Shown piece after piece: positions 52,097 to 62,937 of a DNA stretch of 64,000 nucleotides. The stretch comes from an uncultured Gammaproteobacteria bacterium (GTDB lineage: Bacteria > Pseudomonadota > Gammaproteobacteria > GCA-001735895): contig CAJXUC010000007.1 in NCBI GenBank assembly GCA_913061315.1, forward strand, positions 7,766-71,765. The letters are read 5' to 3'. Positions within the stretch are counted from its first letter, which is position 1. The number at the start of each line of letters is the position of its first letter. The notes below the pieces were generated by a model. That model was not told the origin of the DNA and searched no databases. It saw only the letters and a list, made by a program, of their open reading frames with translations. The translations under genes and the position numbers were made by a program.

Positions 52097-52858
52097 ATGT
52101 TCCCAAAACAAAATGACGCGTTGCAAGTAATGTCACACGCTGTGATTGGCTTCCCCAATCTGGCCGAAAATGAAAAAGCGATTGACGGATTAGTCGCGGC
52201 TGGTGTTAATTTAATCGAATTGCAAGTGCCATTCAGCGACCCAGTTGCCGATGGTCACACGCTGGCAAATGCTTGTTACGATGCACTTAAACAAGGCGGA
52301 TCCGTTCAGGCAACTCTAGATCTTGCAGAAAAAGTTTGCGCTAATCACCCAGATGTAAACTTTATCTTAATGAGCTATTTGAACCCACTGTATCGTTATG
52401 GTTTGCAGGCATTATTTGATAAAGCAGCAGCAGTGGGGATTAAAGGACTCATTATTCCTGACTGGCCAGTTGAAGAAGTTGAGCCCTGGTTGCCAACCTT
52501 CGACGATCTCGACTTATCTCCAATCATGATGGTGACACCAAATACACCTGCTAAAAGAGTCGAAAGAATCGTCAACGCTTCACGTGGCATGGTTTATGTT
52601 GTCTCACGCATGGGTGTGACGGGGCACGAAACAGAATGGGGCGAGGCATTTGAAGCCTATTTAAAAAATATACGGGTTTACACCGACTTACCTTTAGCCG
52701 TTGGTTTTGGGGTAAGATCTTCAGATGACTTAAATGCTATTACGGGTAAAGCCGAAGTGGCTGCTTTTTGTTCTAAATATATTGAATGGCAACGTCATGA
52801 CGGTAGCGATATTGCAGCAGAAAAGATGAAAACGATGATCGGTGAAATGAAGCACTAA
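52097..52858 (+). CDS. trpA: Tryptophan synthase alpha chain
   Basis: TrpA TIM-barrel motifs (IELQVPFSDPVADG, GFGV); 253 aa. Confidence 0.85.
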   Translation: MFPKQNDALQVMSHAVIGFPNLAENEKAIDGLVAAGVNLIELQVPFSDPVADGHTLANACYDALKQGGSVQATLDLAEKVCANHPDVNFILMSYLNPLYRYGLQALFDKAAAVGIKGLIIPDWPVEEVEPWLPTFDDLDLSPIMMVTPNTPAKRVERIVNASRGMVYVVSRMGVTGHETEWGEAFEAYLKNIRVYTDLPLAVGFGVRSSDDLNAITGKAEVAAFCSKYIEWQRHDGSDIAAEKMKTMIGEMKH

Positions 52859-52916
52859 AGTTAAATTATCGTTTTCTTATTACTGAGTGCATGACAGTTA
52901 TATTTTTTAAAAGTAA

Positions 52917-52942
52917 ATAGACGGCAGTTTTAATATTGCCGT
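52917..52942. terminator. Perfect 8-bp inverted repeat (AGACGGCA-N10-TGCCGTCT) between convergent trpA and msrB
   Basis: Hairpin flanked by an A/T run on the msrB side. Confidence 0.4.
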
Positions 52943-53018
52943 CTATGAGAAAATCAAGAAACAAGCCATTGCTTAAAATTTCAAATGGACTCTAAAAACC
53001 TTCAAGAACTTAGATAAA

Positions 53019-53396
53019 TCATACATTATCTTTACTGACGAAATTCATTGAAATCGAATTGACACAATGTCGCATGTTTTTACTCGTTAATCCCTCTCCT
53101 TCAAAAACATGCCCAAGATGGCCGTCACAGTTGGCACAAAGTATTTCCGTGCGGCTTCCATCTGGGTCAGTTTCTCGTCTGATAGCATCAATAATTTCAT
53201 CATCAAAGCTAGGCCAGCCACAATGAGAGTTGAATTTATGCTCTGATCGATATAAAGGCTCGTTGCATTGTTTGCACGTGTAGTAGCCACCTTCAAAAAA
53301 ATCATCGTATTGACCCGTGAAAGGCGCCTCGGTACCTTTTTGTAAAACGACGCGAGACTCTTCTGCATTTAGTTCATTATATTGTTTAGTCATCAT
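53019..53396 (-). CDS. msrB: Peptide-methionine (R)-S-oxide reductase
   Basis: Two CxxC zinc motifs and the catalytic RHCVNS; 125 aa. Confidence 0.9.
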   Translation of the reverse strand: MMTKQYNELNAEESRVVLQKGTEAPFTGQYDDFFEGGYYTCKQCNEPLYRSEHKFNSHCGWPSFDDEIIDAIRRETDPDGSRTEILCANCDGHLGHVFEGEGLTSKNMRHCVNSISMNFVSKDNV

Positions 53397-53578
53397 TGAT
53401 CCTTTAATAGCTTAATTTATAATGAATACAATCATAACAACAAACTGTACGATGAATAACCATAGTTATAAAGATGGATTTTTACCACTGTGGCATTAAC
53501 TTTTTACACTGCAACTTCTGTAGTTGTATGGCATGATATGTAATAACAAAATATTCCCATTTAAAAGGTTAAGAGAAA

Positions 53579-54058
53579 ATGAAAAAAATAGTGTCTAAAA
53601 GTTTAATAACTTTGAGTTTAATATTTTTAGCCAGTTGTGCCACGGTAGAAAAGCTAAAAGATATAGAAGACCCTTTAAAAAATAATGATGCCAGCTCAAC
53701 TACTAGCACAGTTGCTGAGTTGACCCCACCAAGCAAAGAGGTAAATCTCTATTTTGTTCGCCCATCAGCCATATTGACAGCCGCTCAAGTTGTTGAGCTA
53801 TATATTAATGACAAAGAGGTGGGCGAGCTGTCCAACGGTAGTAATTTCGAAACAAAGACTATGTCAGGTAATTATGAAATTGCCACTAAGGTAGGTCTTA
53901 GCCTTGGCCTTCAAGGCGTTTGTAAATTTTCTAAAGATTTTAATTTAACTAATGAAAGTTACTATTTTAAAGTTGATTATGACGTAGGAATGCTCTGTGG
54001 AGAATACGAAATCAATGAAATCTCAAAAGATGAATATGACGACTTGTCAGCCAGTTAA
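53579..54058 (+). CDS. Hypothetical lipoprotein (DUF2846-like)
   Basis: Lipobox LIFLASC; 159 aa. Confidence 0.45.
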   Translation: MKKIVSKSLITLSLIFLASCATVEKLKDIEDPLKNNDASSTTSTVAELTPPSKEVNLYFVRPSAILTAAQVVELYINDKEVGELSNGSNFETKTMSGNYEIATKVGLSLGLQGVCKFSKDFNLTNESYYFKVDYDVGMLCGEYEINEISKDEYDDLSAS

Positions 54059-54123
54059 TTTTTTTAACTGACTTTAACCACAGGCTTAAATCTAGAATAT
54101 ATCTTTTCATTTAAAGCTTGAGT

Positions 54124-54167
54124 AAAAAAAGCCAGCGGCCAAAATTAATATGACGCTGGCTTTTTTT
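54124..54167. terminator. Bidirectional rho-independent terminator (A7-GCCAGCG-N16-CGCTGGC-T7)
   Basis: GC stem flanked by an A-run and a T-run, between convergent genes. Confidence 0.55.
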
Positions 54168-54195
54168 ATAGACGTCGGCTCTGCACGCCTAGGTG

Positions 54196-54465
54196 TCAAT
54201 TGCTAGCCTTCATAAATATGATTAACGCAACCGAATATAAAATAAGCGCAAAGTAAACTACGTTATATATTTTTCTAAGTGTATTGCCTCTGTCAGAGAA
54301 GCCATTCGAATTCCAGCAGGGAAAATGACTATTTTGCAAAGCTCGTCTCTCGCCTACCAACTCTTTTTCCATCCGAAGTCTTATTACAATGGCCGCGGCA
54401 AATAGCGCAATACCGATGATCAGAAACAACAGGCCCAGTAAGACACGTGATGCTTCCAATTCCAT
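54196..54465 (-). CDS. Small two-TM membrane protein, hypothetical
   Basis: 89 aa with two hydrophobic helices; no family recognised. Confidence 0.35.
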   Translation of the reverse strand: MELEASRVLLGLLFLIIGIALFAAAIVIRLRMEKELVGERRALQNSHFPCWNSNGFSDRGNTLRKIYNVVYFALILYSVALIIFMKASN

Positions 54466-54507
54466 AAAATCAACTCCTTAACGATTAAATTAACTAATAA
54501 ACTTCAA

Positions 54508-55584
54508 TTAGAGCACATCAATTGCATTCAGATCTGAGAATGCCTTTTCAAGACGACTCACCATTGAAGACTGACCTTCACGTAGCCAAGCGCGGGGATC
54601 GTAATGCTTCTTATTAGGAGACTCCTCACCATCTGGATTGCCAATTTGAGCTTGCAAATAGGCTTTCTTATTTTCATAATAATCTTTAATTCCAGACCAC
54701 GTCGCCCATTGGGTGTCGGTATCGATATTCATTTTTATGACGCCGTAACCAATAGACTCTCGGATGTCGGCTTGACTAGAACCTGAACCGCCATGAAACA
54801 CAAAATTCAAACTGTTGGCCGGCAAGTTAAACTTCTCTGACACAAAAGCTTGTGAATCTCGCAGGATGGTTGGGGTTAATTTAACGTTACCAGGTTTGTA
54901 AACACCATGAACATTGCCAAAAGAAGCCGCAATAGTGAAGCGTGGACTAACTTTCATCAACTCTTCATAAGCATAAGCCACTTCAGAGGGCTGGGTATAA
55001 AGTAATGAAGAGTCCATACTGCTATTGTCGACACCATCTTCTTCACCGCCGGTACAACCCAGTTCGATTTCGAGTGTCATGCCTATTTTAGACATACGCT
55101 CAAGGTAAGTTTTACAGGTTGCTATATTGTCTTCGATAGGTTCTTCGGACAAGTCGATCATGTGTGAACTGAATAACGGTTTACCCGTTTCAGCAAAATG
55201 CTTTTCAGAAGCATCAAGCAGACCATCGATCCAAGGTAATAATTTGCGTGCAGCGTGGTCAGTGTGCACTATAACGGGAACACCATAACTTTCGGCCATG
55301 CAATGCACATGCTTTGCACCTGCAATGCTTCCCAGAATAGCGGCTTGGTGGTCTTTCATTTTAAGCCCCTTACCCGCAAAAAATATACCCCCCCCCTGAG
55401 AGAATTGAATAATAGCTGGCGCTTTCACTTTGGCTGCAGCTTCAAGTACTGCATTGATTGAATCGCTACCAACGACATTGACGGCAGGTAAGGCAAAATT
55501 ATTTTGTTTGGCGAAAGCAAAGATGGCTTGTATATCATCGCCAGTGGCGACACCTGGCTTGATTAGGTCGGATAGTTTAGACAT
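54508..55584 (-). CDS. fbaA: Fructose-bisphosphate aldolase class II
   Basis: Full-length FbaA (SKLSDLIKPGV...); zinc His ligands; 358 aa. Confidence 0.9.
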   Translation of the reverse strand: MSKLSDLIKPGVATGDDIQAIFAFAKQNNFALPAVNVVGSDSINAVLEAAAKVKAPAIIQFSQGGGIFFAGKGLKMKDHQAAILGSIAGAKHVHCMAESYGVPVIVHTDHAARKLLPWIDGLLDASEKHFAETGKPLFSSHMIDLSEEPIEDNIATCKTYLERMSKIGMTLEIELGCTGGEEDGVDNSSMDSSLLYTQPSEVAYAYEELMKVSPRFTIAASFGNVHGVYKPGNVKLTPTILRDSQAFVSEKFNLPANSLNFVFHGGSGSSQADIRESIGYGVIKMNIDTDTQWATWSGIKDYYENKKAYLQAQIGNPDGEESPNKKHYDPRAWLREGQSSMVSRLEKAFSDLNAIDVL

Positions 55585-55683
55585 TGAAACGTTCTCCTGG
55601 TCAGGTATAGAGTTATCGTCTTATTATAATCGAAACGTTCGAACTTGTTGATCCATTTTTAATTAAAAACCGTATACTTAGTC

Positions 55684-56697
55684 ATGTTTTATTTTTTTAT
55701 ACCAATCCTTTTCTTAACGTTTTCCGGTTCAATAATTGCATCTCCTAACGTAGTTAAGACTCAACCATTGGTTGAACTGCTTATTGAAAAAACTTTTACT
55801 TCACCCGCCACTGCAGTTGCAGTGAACCAGAGTAGAATCAGTGCCGAATTGACTGCCCGCATTACCCAGATTCTTGTTCAGGTTGGTGATATTGTTAATA
55901 TTGGTGACTTTTTGGTTAAACTTGATTGTCGTAATTATGTGAATTCAATGGTTAGTGTTGAGGCTCAAGCACAGTCTCATTTAACTCAAAAAAAATTGGC
56001 ACAGCAACAATTAAATCGTTCTAGGACGTTGCAACAAGCGGGCAACGTGTCAGCTGACATTCTTGACCAGCGCATTGCCGATGTTGGTATTGCGCAATCT
56101 AAACTAAGAGTTCAGTTAGCGGCTGTTGCGGACGCTAAGCTGGCAATACAGCGTTGCTCTATCCTGGCACCCTATCGAGCAGAAATTACCAGTCGACTCG
56201 TTGGTGAAGGCACATTGGCTACTCCTGGATTAGCCTTAGTTGAAATTGTTGGATTGGATAATGTTGAGCTTTCAGCGCAAATTCCTGTTGATTTAGCTGA
56301 GTCAGTGACACTTTCCAGATCGCTGGTTTTTGTTACCAATGAACAAAGACTAAATGTAAATAAACGTAACTTATCACTAGTGACAAATTCCGCTTCTGGG
56401 AATCGGGAAATGCGCCTAACAACAAAACAGAATTTAGCGCCCGGCACGACTGGACGACTAGAATGGTATTCAGCCCCTATGCTGCCCGCAAGCTTGTTGT
56501 CTCGTCGTGAGGGTGCGCTTGGTGTTTTGATTGTTGATGCCAGTAAAGGGGTCACTAAGGCCATGTTTGTTGAACTCAAATCAGCACTTGAAGGACGGCC
56601 TGCTTTCATTGACCTTCCACTTGATACCAAAGTGATTGTTGAAGGTCGGCAACAATTATTACCTGGCGATGAAATAAAGCTCATTCAACAGCCCTAA
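55684..56697 (+). CDS. RND efflux periplasmic adaptor (membrane fusion protein)
   Basis: N-terminal TM/signal, lipoyl/beta-barrel MFP domains; precedes the RND pump. Confidence 0.8.
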   Translation: MFYFFIPILFLTFSGSIIASPNVVKTQPLVELLIEKTFTSPATAVAVNQSRISAELTARITQILVQVGDIVNIGDFLVKLDCRNYVNSMVSVEAQAQSHLTQKKLAQQQLNRSRTLQQAGNVSADILDQRIADVGIAQSKLRVQLAAVADAKLAIQRCSILAPYRAEITSRLVGEGTLATPGLALVEIVGLDNVELSAQIPVDLAESVTLSRSLVFVTNEQRLNVNKRNLSLVTNSASGNREMRLTTKQNLAPGTTGRLEWYSAPMLPASLLSRREGALGVLIVDASKGVTKAMFVELKSALEGRPAFIDLPLDTKVIVEGRQQLLPGDEIKLIQQP

Positions 56698-56779
56698 AAT
56701 TAAAATAAAATAATGCTTCTTAACTGGTGCATCTTTGGTTTACAACGATTCATAACTAAACTCTAAACTTAAAAGCTAA

Positions 56780-59700
56780 ATGTACCAACGTTTCATTGAA
56801 AATGGCGTGCTCGCCAACCTGACTTTTTTACTGGTGCTGGTCATCGGTACAATGGCTTATTTTTCGATGCCCCGCGAACAGGATCCGACGATTAACTTTA
56901 ACTGGATCGAAGTCACCACTATCCTGCCAGGTGCTGTTGCACAAGATGTTGAAAAGCTAGTGACCGATCCACTCGAAGATGCCATTAAAAACATCTCTGA
57001 TACAAAATTTGTTAGTAGCACAAGTCGAGAATCGATCTCACGTATTTTAGTGCGCTTTGAAGAGATGGATGAGCGCACATTTGATAAGCGTCTGGCAGAT
57101 TTACGGCGCGAGATTCAATCAGTTGAAGATGAATTGCCAGAACAAGCGTTAACTTCAACTGTGACTGAAATTACAACAGCCAATGCTTTTCCAACCGCAA
57201 TTTTAGCCGTAGTTGGCCAAGCCGATGATGAAAACCTTAGGCGTCAGGCAGAACAAATAAAAACGGGGCTGGAGAATATAAAAGGCGTTTCAAGAGTGCT
57301 CGCAACCGCGCTCCATAAACCTGAGTTGAAAGTATCATTTGAGGTTGATCGCCTAGAAGAACTTGGAATTACACCCGCTGATATTGCCGATACAGTCGCG
57401 GTTTATTATCAGGATATATCGGCTGGTTCGGCTGAGGTCAGGGGACAACGTTGGCTAGTTCGATTGGAAGGCTCTTCGGCTAACCCCAGCTATCTGGCCA
57501 GATTACCCGTATTGCGAGCCAGAGGGGAAATTTTATTGGGCGATATTGCTGACGTTGTTCGTAGTCGTGAGCGCGCAAGTCAACTGGTAAGTTATAACGG
57601 GCAGCCTGCTGTCATGTTATCGATTACAAAAAAAGCGGGATCCAACACATTAGAGTTGGTTAAAGCGATTAGTGCTTACCTGCAAGATAAAAACTCCAAT
57701 GCAGACATCTCTGGGGTCGACATCGTATTAATTGACGATCAAACAGAAATTACACGGAGTGCACTCAATGTTATGGAAACCAATATGTTGCTTGGTCTAA
57801 TATTGGTACTCATTGTGACTTGGTTATTCCTAGGCACGCGCATGGCACTGCTCACCAGTGCTGGTATCCCTTTTATTCTTGCCGGTACTTTCTGGTTTTT
57901 GCAATTAACCGATCAAACATTGAATGTTTCTGTACTGCTCGGCGTGGTGATTAGCCTTGGCATGCTGGTTGACGATGCAGTAGTTATAGCGGAAGGCATT
58001 TCATTCCGAATGCAACGTGGCGCCCAAGCGGTAGTGGCCTCAGTAGAGACTGTGAAGGAATTATTCTACCCGGTGACAACCGCCGTATTAACAACCATGG
58101 CAGCATTTTTACCTTTGATGTTACTGCCTGGTATTCTCGGAAAGTTCATGTTCATTATTCCACTGGTTGTCACCATCGCTCTGGCACTGAGCTTGGTTGA
58201 AGCTTACTGGATGCTACCGTCCCACACAATGGATTGGGGGGTGCCTAAAAAAACCAAAATTGGCCCTGTTAATAGTTTCAGCTCTTTCATAAAACTACCG
58301 TTCAAGTTACTCATACTGCTAATCAAACTGCCACTGAGCTTGGGCGACTGGATAGATGAGTATGTAAACCCAGTTCGTCAACGCTGCTTGAGATGGACCC
58401 GCCGAAATTACACTCGCCAGTTAATTAAGGTATTACGTCATCCAATCCTCACTATTGTCTCAATTTTGTTAGTAGTAGCGTTGCTCATGTCGATCGCATT
58501 GAAGGCAAAAACTCTAGCTGAATACTTACCTCAAAATTTGGCTGATAAGATTTCTAATCTTGAAATCAAGGTTGATTTTTTTGCCAGTGATCCGATTAGA
58601 CTTTATTATGTCAATGTGCAGATGCCGGTAGGAACTCCCCTTAAGGACACTCTGCGCTTAGTGGAACAAGTTGAGAGCAAAGTACGAAATCACATTCTGC
58701 CCGGAGAAGTGCGTCAACTGATTAGTTATAGTGGATTACTTTTCACTGAAACTGCGCCGTTTTTTGGTGATCACTTCGGTCAAGTAGTCGTTGCCTTAAA
58801 CCCCCAAACAGGAGACATGCGAGGCGTTGTCGAAATGATTGAATCGATGCGCACCGATATCTTTAATACCGCAGGCCCTGATACTATTTACTTTTTAACA
58901 CTTGCCGGTGGACCACCCACCAGTAAACCGATTAGCGTCAAAGTCAGAGGCAATAGTTTCGACGACATTCGGCCCGCAGTACAAGCACTAAAACAGACTT
59001 TAGCCACCATCGAAGGGGTAAAAGATATCAGCGACGATGATGCCAGTGGTCAACGCGCGTTAACGCTTCAGGTCAATACTGATGCAGCCCATCGGGCAGG
59101 TATCAATCCATCGCTAATCGCTCGTACACTCAGACTCTTAGTCGATGGTGAAATTGTCACTCGCTTGAGAGATCGAGGGGAAGAACTCAACGTCCGGGTC
59201 CTTGCCAAACCCAAAAAATTGAATAGCATTGATGAGTTATTGCAAATCAACCTACCGTCCGCTAGTGGCGAACCAGTCGCATTGTCTACGCTACTAAATG
59301 CCTACTATGGGGAAGGTCAAAACAGCATTCGGCACTATGATTTCCTTCGCACTATCACCTTGGAGGCTGATATTGATAAGAATGTCATTAATACAGTCGC
59401 AGTCAATCAAAGAATTAAAGACGCTTGGCAAGATCAATTACAACGCAAACATCCCAGTATTACTCTCGACTTCTCAGGTCTACTTGATGATATCCAAAAC
59501 AGTATTAATGCCATGATACTTTTATTTGGATTCGGTATTGGATTGATATACGTCATACTCGGCACTCAATTTAAGAGTTATTTCCAGCCACTCATTATTT
59601 TATTCACAGTGCCAATGGCTTTCACAGGCGTCACCGCTGGGCTGCTGTTAACCGGCAATCCACTGAGCTTGTTTACACTTTATGGCGTGGTAGCGCTAGC

Positions 59701-60019
59701 CGGCATTTCAGTGAACTCTGCGATTGTTTTGATTTCGACTGCAAACAGACATCTTGAGAATGGTATGACGGTGAAACATGCAACCCTGTTTGCCGCAAGA
59801 AGACGGGTTGTTCCGATTTTAATCACTTCATTGAGTACGATAGCAGGATTATTTTCTTTAGCGACTGGACTCGGTGGTCATTCACTTTTATGGGGTCCAG
59901 TCGCCACTTCAATTGTATGGGGTTTGGGGTTTTCTACTTTTTTAACTTTGTTTTTGATTCCACTATTGTATAACGCTTTTATGAAGCCAAAATTAGCCGT
60001 CATAAATTCAAATCTATGA
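56780..60019 (+). CDS. RND-family efflux transporter (AcrB/AcrD-like), 1079 aa
   Basis: 12-TM protein with two large periplasmic loops; AcrB-type N-terminus. Confidence 0.9.
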   Translation: MYQRFIENGVLANLTFLLVLVIGTMAYFSMPREQDPTINFNWIEVTTILPGAVAQDVEKLVTDPLEDAIKNISDTKFVSSTSRESISRILVRFEEMDERTFDKRLADLRREIQSVEDELPEQALTSTVTEITTANAFPTAILAVVGQADDENLRRQAEQIKTGLENIKGVSRVLATALHKPELKVSFEVDRLEELGITPADIADTVAVYYQDISAGSAEVRGQRWLVRLEGSSANPSYLARLPVLRARGEILLGDIADVVRSRERASQLVSYNGQPAVMLSITKKAGSNTLELVKAISAYLQDKNSNADISGVDIVLIDDQTEITRSALNVMETNMLLGLILVLIVTWLFLGTRMALLTSAGIPFILAGTFWFLQLTDQTLNVSVLLGVVISLGMLVDDAVVIAEGISFRMQRGAQAVVASVETVKELFYPVTTAVLTTMAAFLPLMLLPGILGKFMFIIPLVVTIALALSLVEAYWMLPSHTMDWGVPKKTKIGPVNSFSSFIKLPFKLLILLIKLPLSLGDWIDEYVNPVRQRCLRWTRRNYTRQLIKVLRHPILTIVSILLVVALLMSIALKAKTLAEYLPQNLADKISNLEIKVDFFASDPIRLYYVNVQMPVGTPLKDTLRLVEQVESKVRNHILPGEVRQLISYSGLLFTETAPFFGDHFGQVVVALNPQTGDMRGVVEMIESMRTDIFNTAGPDTIYFLTLAGGPPTSKPISVKVRGNSFDDIRPAVQALKQTLATIEGVKDISDDDASGQRALTLQVNTDAAHRAGINPSLIARTLRLLVDGEIVTRLRDRGEELNVRVLAKPKKLNSIDELLQINLPSASGEPVALSTLLNAYYGEGQNSIRHYDFLRTITLEADIDKNVINTVAVNQRIKDAWQDQLQRKHPSITLDFSGLLDDIQNSINAMILLFGFGIGLIYVILGTQFKSYFQPLIILFTVPMAFTGVTAGLLLTGNPLSLFTLYGVVALAGISVNSAIVLISTANRHLENGMTVKHATLFAARRRVVPILITSLSTIAGLFSLATGLGGHSLLWGPVATSIVWGLGFSTFLTLFLIPLLYNAFMKPKLAVINSNL

Positions 60020-60053
60020 CTTCTTAGAATAATCTAATGATAAGCCGGTATTC

Positions 60054-61019
60054 CTATCCTTGACGCTCCATCGCAATCTGTGACCGATGATTCCGCGGTG
60101 AACTTCCAAAATACTTCCGGTAACAAGCCGTGAAATAAGACTGCGTCTCGAACCCAGTCGCAATTGAAATATCAATAACACTGCGATTAGTATTCAACAA
60201 CAATTGTTTGCCATGTAGCAACCGGAGTGATAAATAATATTGGCTTGGCGTTACGCCTCGATATTTATGAAATAGTCGTTCGATCTGACGGAGCGAAACG
60301 TTACATTGCTCTGCAATCGAAGGCAATAACAAGGGCGTCTCAATATTTGATTCCATTAAACTAATGACATCAATTAACTTAGGTGCTCTCATCGCCAAGT
60401 CAATTCGATCCGCCATTTGCTGAGAGTCAATATCGGTTCGAATTCTATCATGCTGAAATTGTTGTGATATTTCCTGAGCTAGTACCCTGCCATGCTGGTT
60501 TTCAATGAGTTTCAACATCATGTCGAGCGCCGCAGTGCCACCAGAGCAAGTGAAGCGCTTATTATTAATTTCATATAGCGTAAATGTCACGTCCAAGTGG
60601 GGATAGATCTCTTTAAATACAGGTATATTTTCCCAATGAATAGTACAGCGACAATCATCTAATAATGATGCTTTAGCAAGTAAAAAACTACCTGAACTAA
60701 CACTACCAAGGTTGACGCCTTCCTTATCGAATTTTTTTAATAATTGAAGCACCCTAGGATCGTTAAAATGCTGCGCCGTATTAGGCGCACAGATAACAAG
60801 AGTTTCTAAACCTTCTGCTTCACTAATGGGCGTAGTAGGCAGAATAATATTACTGCTTGAAGTCACCGGCTTACTATCGGGAGAAAAATATTGCCACTCA
60901 AACATTGCAGTGCCACTTAAACGGTTTGCAGTTCGTAATGAATCAACCACACAACTAAATGGAATCAGCGGATATCCTTCAATGAGCAAAATTCCTATTT
61001 TCTCTATTGTATTCGTCAC
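60054..61019 (-). CDS. GlxA-family AraC-type regulator (DJ-1/PfpI domain + AraC HTH), GbdR/CdhR-like
   Basis: N-terminal class-I glutamine-amidotransferase-like domain and C-terminal AraC HTH (ATGFETQSYFTACYRKYFGSSP). Confidence 0.8.
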   Translation of the reverse strand: MTNTIEKIGILLIEGYPLIPFSCVVDSLRTANRLSGTAMFEWQYFSPDSKPVTSSSNIILPTTPISEAEGLETLVICAPNTAQHFNDPRVLQLLKKFDKEGVNLGSVSSGSFLLAKASLLDDCRCTIHWENIPVFKEIYPHLDVTFTLYEINNKRFTCSGGTAALDMMLKLIENQHGRVLAQEISQQFQHDRIRTDIDSQQMADRIDLAMRAPKLIDVISLMESNIETPLLLPSIAEQCNVSLRQIERLFHKYRGVTPSQYYLSLRLLHGKQLLLNTNRSVIDISIATGFETQSYFTACYRKYFGSSPRNHRSQIAMERQG

Positions 61020-61239
61020 GGCAATACCTCCTAGCCATTACCATTAAAAAGTTTTTAAATTATTAAAAATCTTACCCAGTGGCATTCTAGCTGTTTGAGA
61101 TTTTAACAACAACACTAATGTTATTAGACTTAAATGGCGCTGCCGAACACTTGGATGTCGTGCCTAGGCTCAATCGACTAAAGGCTTTAGGTGCTATGAT
61201 CGCCCGTATAATTATGAGAGATTTAACGGGAGTTAACTA

Positions 61240-62799
61240 ATGAGTGAATCTGAAAAACCAAAGCGTCGTGGGCGTGGTGGGCGTGAAGAAAGACGTGCAC
61301 GCGGCAATGAAACTGCCCCGAGCAAACCATACGTAACTCGAAAAATACCTTGTTTTGAAGTACTAGATGAAGCGGGCTATCAGCTAATTGAAGACAATGC
61401 TGACACTATTCTAGAAGAGACTGGTATCGAATTTAGAGATATGCCTGAAGCGCTCGAAATTTTGGCGAAAGGTGGTGCAATAGTGGACGGTGAACGTGTT
61501 CGTTTCCCACGCGGTATGTGCCGTTCAATTATTCAGGCTTCTGCACCTTCTGAATATACGCACCATTCTCGAAACCCCGAAAAAAATGTTCAAATTGGTG
61601 GCAAAAATACTGTATTCGTTCCAGCCTATGGTAGCCCGTTTGTTTTCGATCTTGACAAAGGCCGTCGTTATGCAACTTTGGAAGACTTTCATAATTTTGT
61701 GAAGCTCGCTTATTCTTCACCCAGTTTGCATTTGTCAGGTGGCACAATTTGTGAACCTGTCGATGTGCCCGTCAATAAACGTCATCTTGATATGTTATAT
61801 GCGCATATCAAATATTCGGACAAGGCCTTTATGGGTTCTGTGACAGCACCTGAGCGCGCTCAGGACACAGTGGACATGATCAAGATAATAGCGGGGGATA
61901 ACTATATCGATTCAGAAACAGGTCGTCCACGTACTTATGCAACAAGCCTAATCAATGCAAACTCACCCATGACATTTGATGACACCATGCTCGGCGCCGC
62001 CAAAGTTTATGCAGAAAATAATCAAGCTTGTATCATAACTCCATTTATTCTGGCGGGTGCCATGTCTCCAGTAACCGTAGCTGGCACAGCGGCTCAGTCG
62101 TTAGCCGAAGCAATGGCAGGCATGACATTCGTGCAATTGGTTAACCCAGGCGCACCGGTTGTATTTGGTAGTTTTGCCAGTTCAATGTCGATGCAATCAG
62201 GTGCTCCAACATTCGGTACGCCAGAACCTGCATTAGTGCTTTACACCATGGCTGGGTTAGCCCGAAGACTAGGCGTTCCATTTCGTTCTGGTGGGGGTTT
62301 ATGTGGTTCTAAATTACCTGATGCACAAGCCGCTTCAGAAGCACTCAGCACTCTAATGCCAGCGGTTATGGCCGGTGTTAACTTTGTACTGCACACTGCT
62401 GGATGGATGGAAGGTGGCCTTGCCATGGGTTATGAAAAATTCATTATGGATGTCGATCAAGCGGCAATGATGGAAATCCTAATGGGTGGTGTTGACCTGT
62501 CTGAAAACGGTCAGGCAATGGATGCCATCCGTGAAGTTGGTCCAGGCGTTCACTTCCTCGGTTGTGCCCATACCCAAGCTAACTTTAAAACTGCTTTTTA
62601 CCGATCGCCTATTACCGATAACAATAGTTACGAACAATGGGAATCTGAAGGCAGCCTGGATCATGCACAAAGGGCGAATGCTCGTTGGAAGAAAGTTCTA
62701 GAGGAATATAAAGCACCCCACCTAGATCCAGCGATTGATGAAGCGTTACTTGCGTTCATTAAACGGCGTAAAGATTCAATGCCAGACGCTTCTTACTAG
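61240..62799 (+). CDS. MttB-superfamily (trimethylamine methyltransferase-like, non-pyrrolysine) quaternary-amine methyltransferase
   Basis: 519 aa, no in-frame amber codon, MttB-family TIM-barrel similarity throughout. Arg-rich tail of about 35 aa at the N-terminus (KPKRRGRGGREERRARG). Confidence 0.75.
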   Translation: MSESEKPKRRGRGGREERRARGNETAPSKPYVTRKIPCFEVLDEAGYQLIEDNADTILEETGIEFRDMPEALEILAKGGAIVDGERVRFPRGMCRSIIQASAPSEYTHHSRNPEKNVQIGGKNTVFVPAYGSPFVFDLDKGRRYATLEDFHNFVKLAYSSPSLHLSGGTICEPVDVPVNKRHLDMLYAHIKYSDKAFMGSVTAPERAQDTVDMIKIIAGDNYIDSETGRPRTYATSLINANSPMTFDDTMLGAAKVYAENNQACIITPFILAGAMSPVTVAGTAAQSLAEAMAGMTFVQLVNPGAPVVFGSFASSMSMQSGAPTFGTPEPALVLYTMAGLARRLGVPFRSGGGLCGSKLPDAQAASEALSTLMPAVMAGVNFVLHTAGWMEGGLAMGYEKFIMDVDQAAMMEILMGGVDLSENGQAMDAIREVGPGVHFLGCAHTQANFKTAFYRSPITDNNSYEQWESEGSLDHAQRANARWKKVLEEYKAPHLDPAIDEALLAFIKRRKDSMPDASY

Positions 62800-62817
62800 A
62801 ATTTACTGCGTTTAAAC

Positions 62818-62867
62818 GTGGCTTCAAATCCTATCAGAGGGTTTTGAGCCACGACTTGTTTTTGTTG
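62818..62867 (+). terminator. Rho-independent terminator after the MttB-like gene
   Basis: CGTGGCT-CAAA... stem followed by a TTTTTGTT run. Confidence 0.5.
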
Positions 62868-62937
62868 GTTAAATAATTCGTGCATTGAAGTCAAATTGAG
62901 ATTAGTATTTTGACAGTTGCTGGTTCCTCAATGACCA

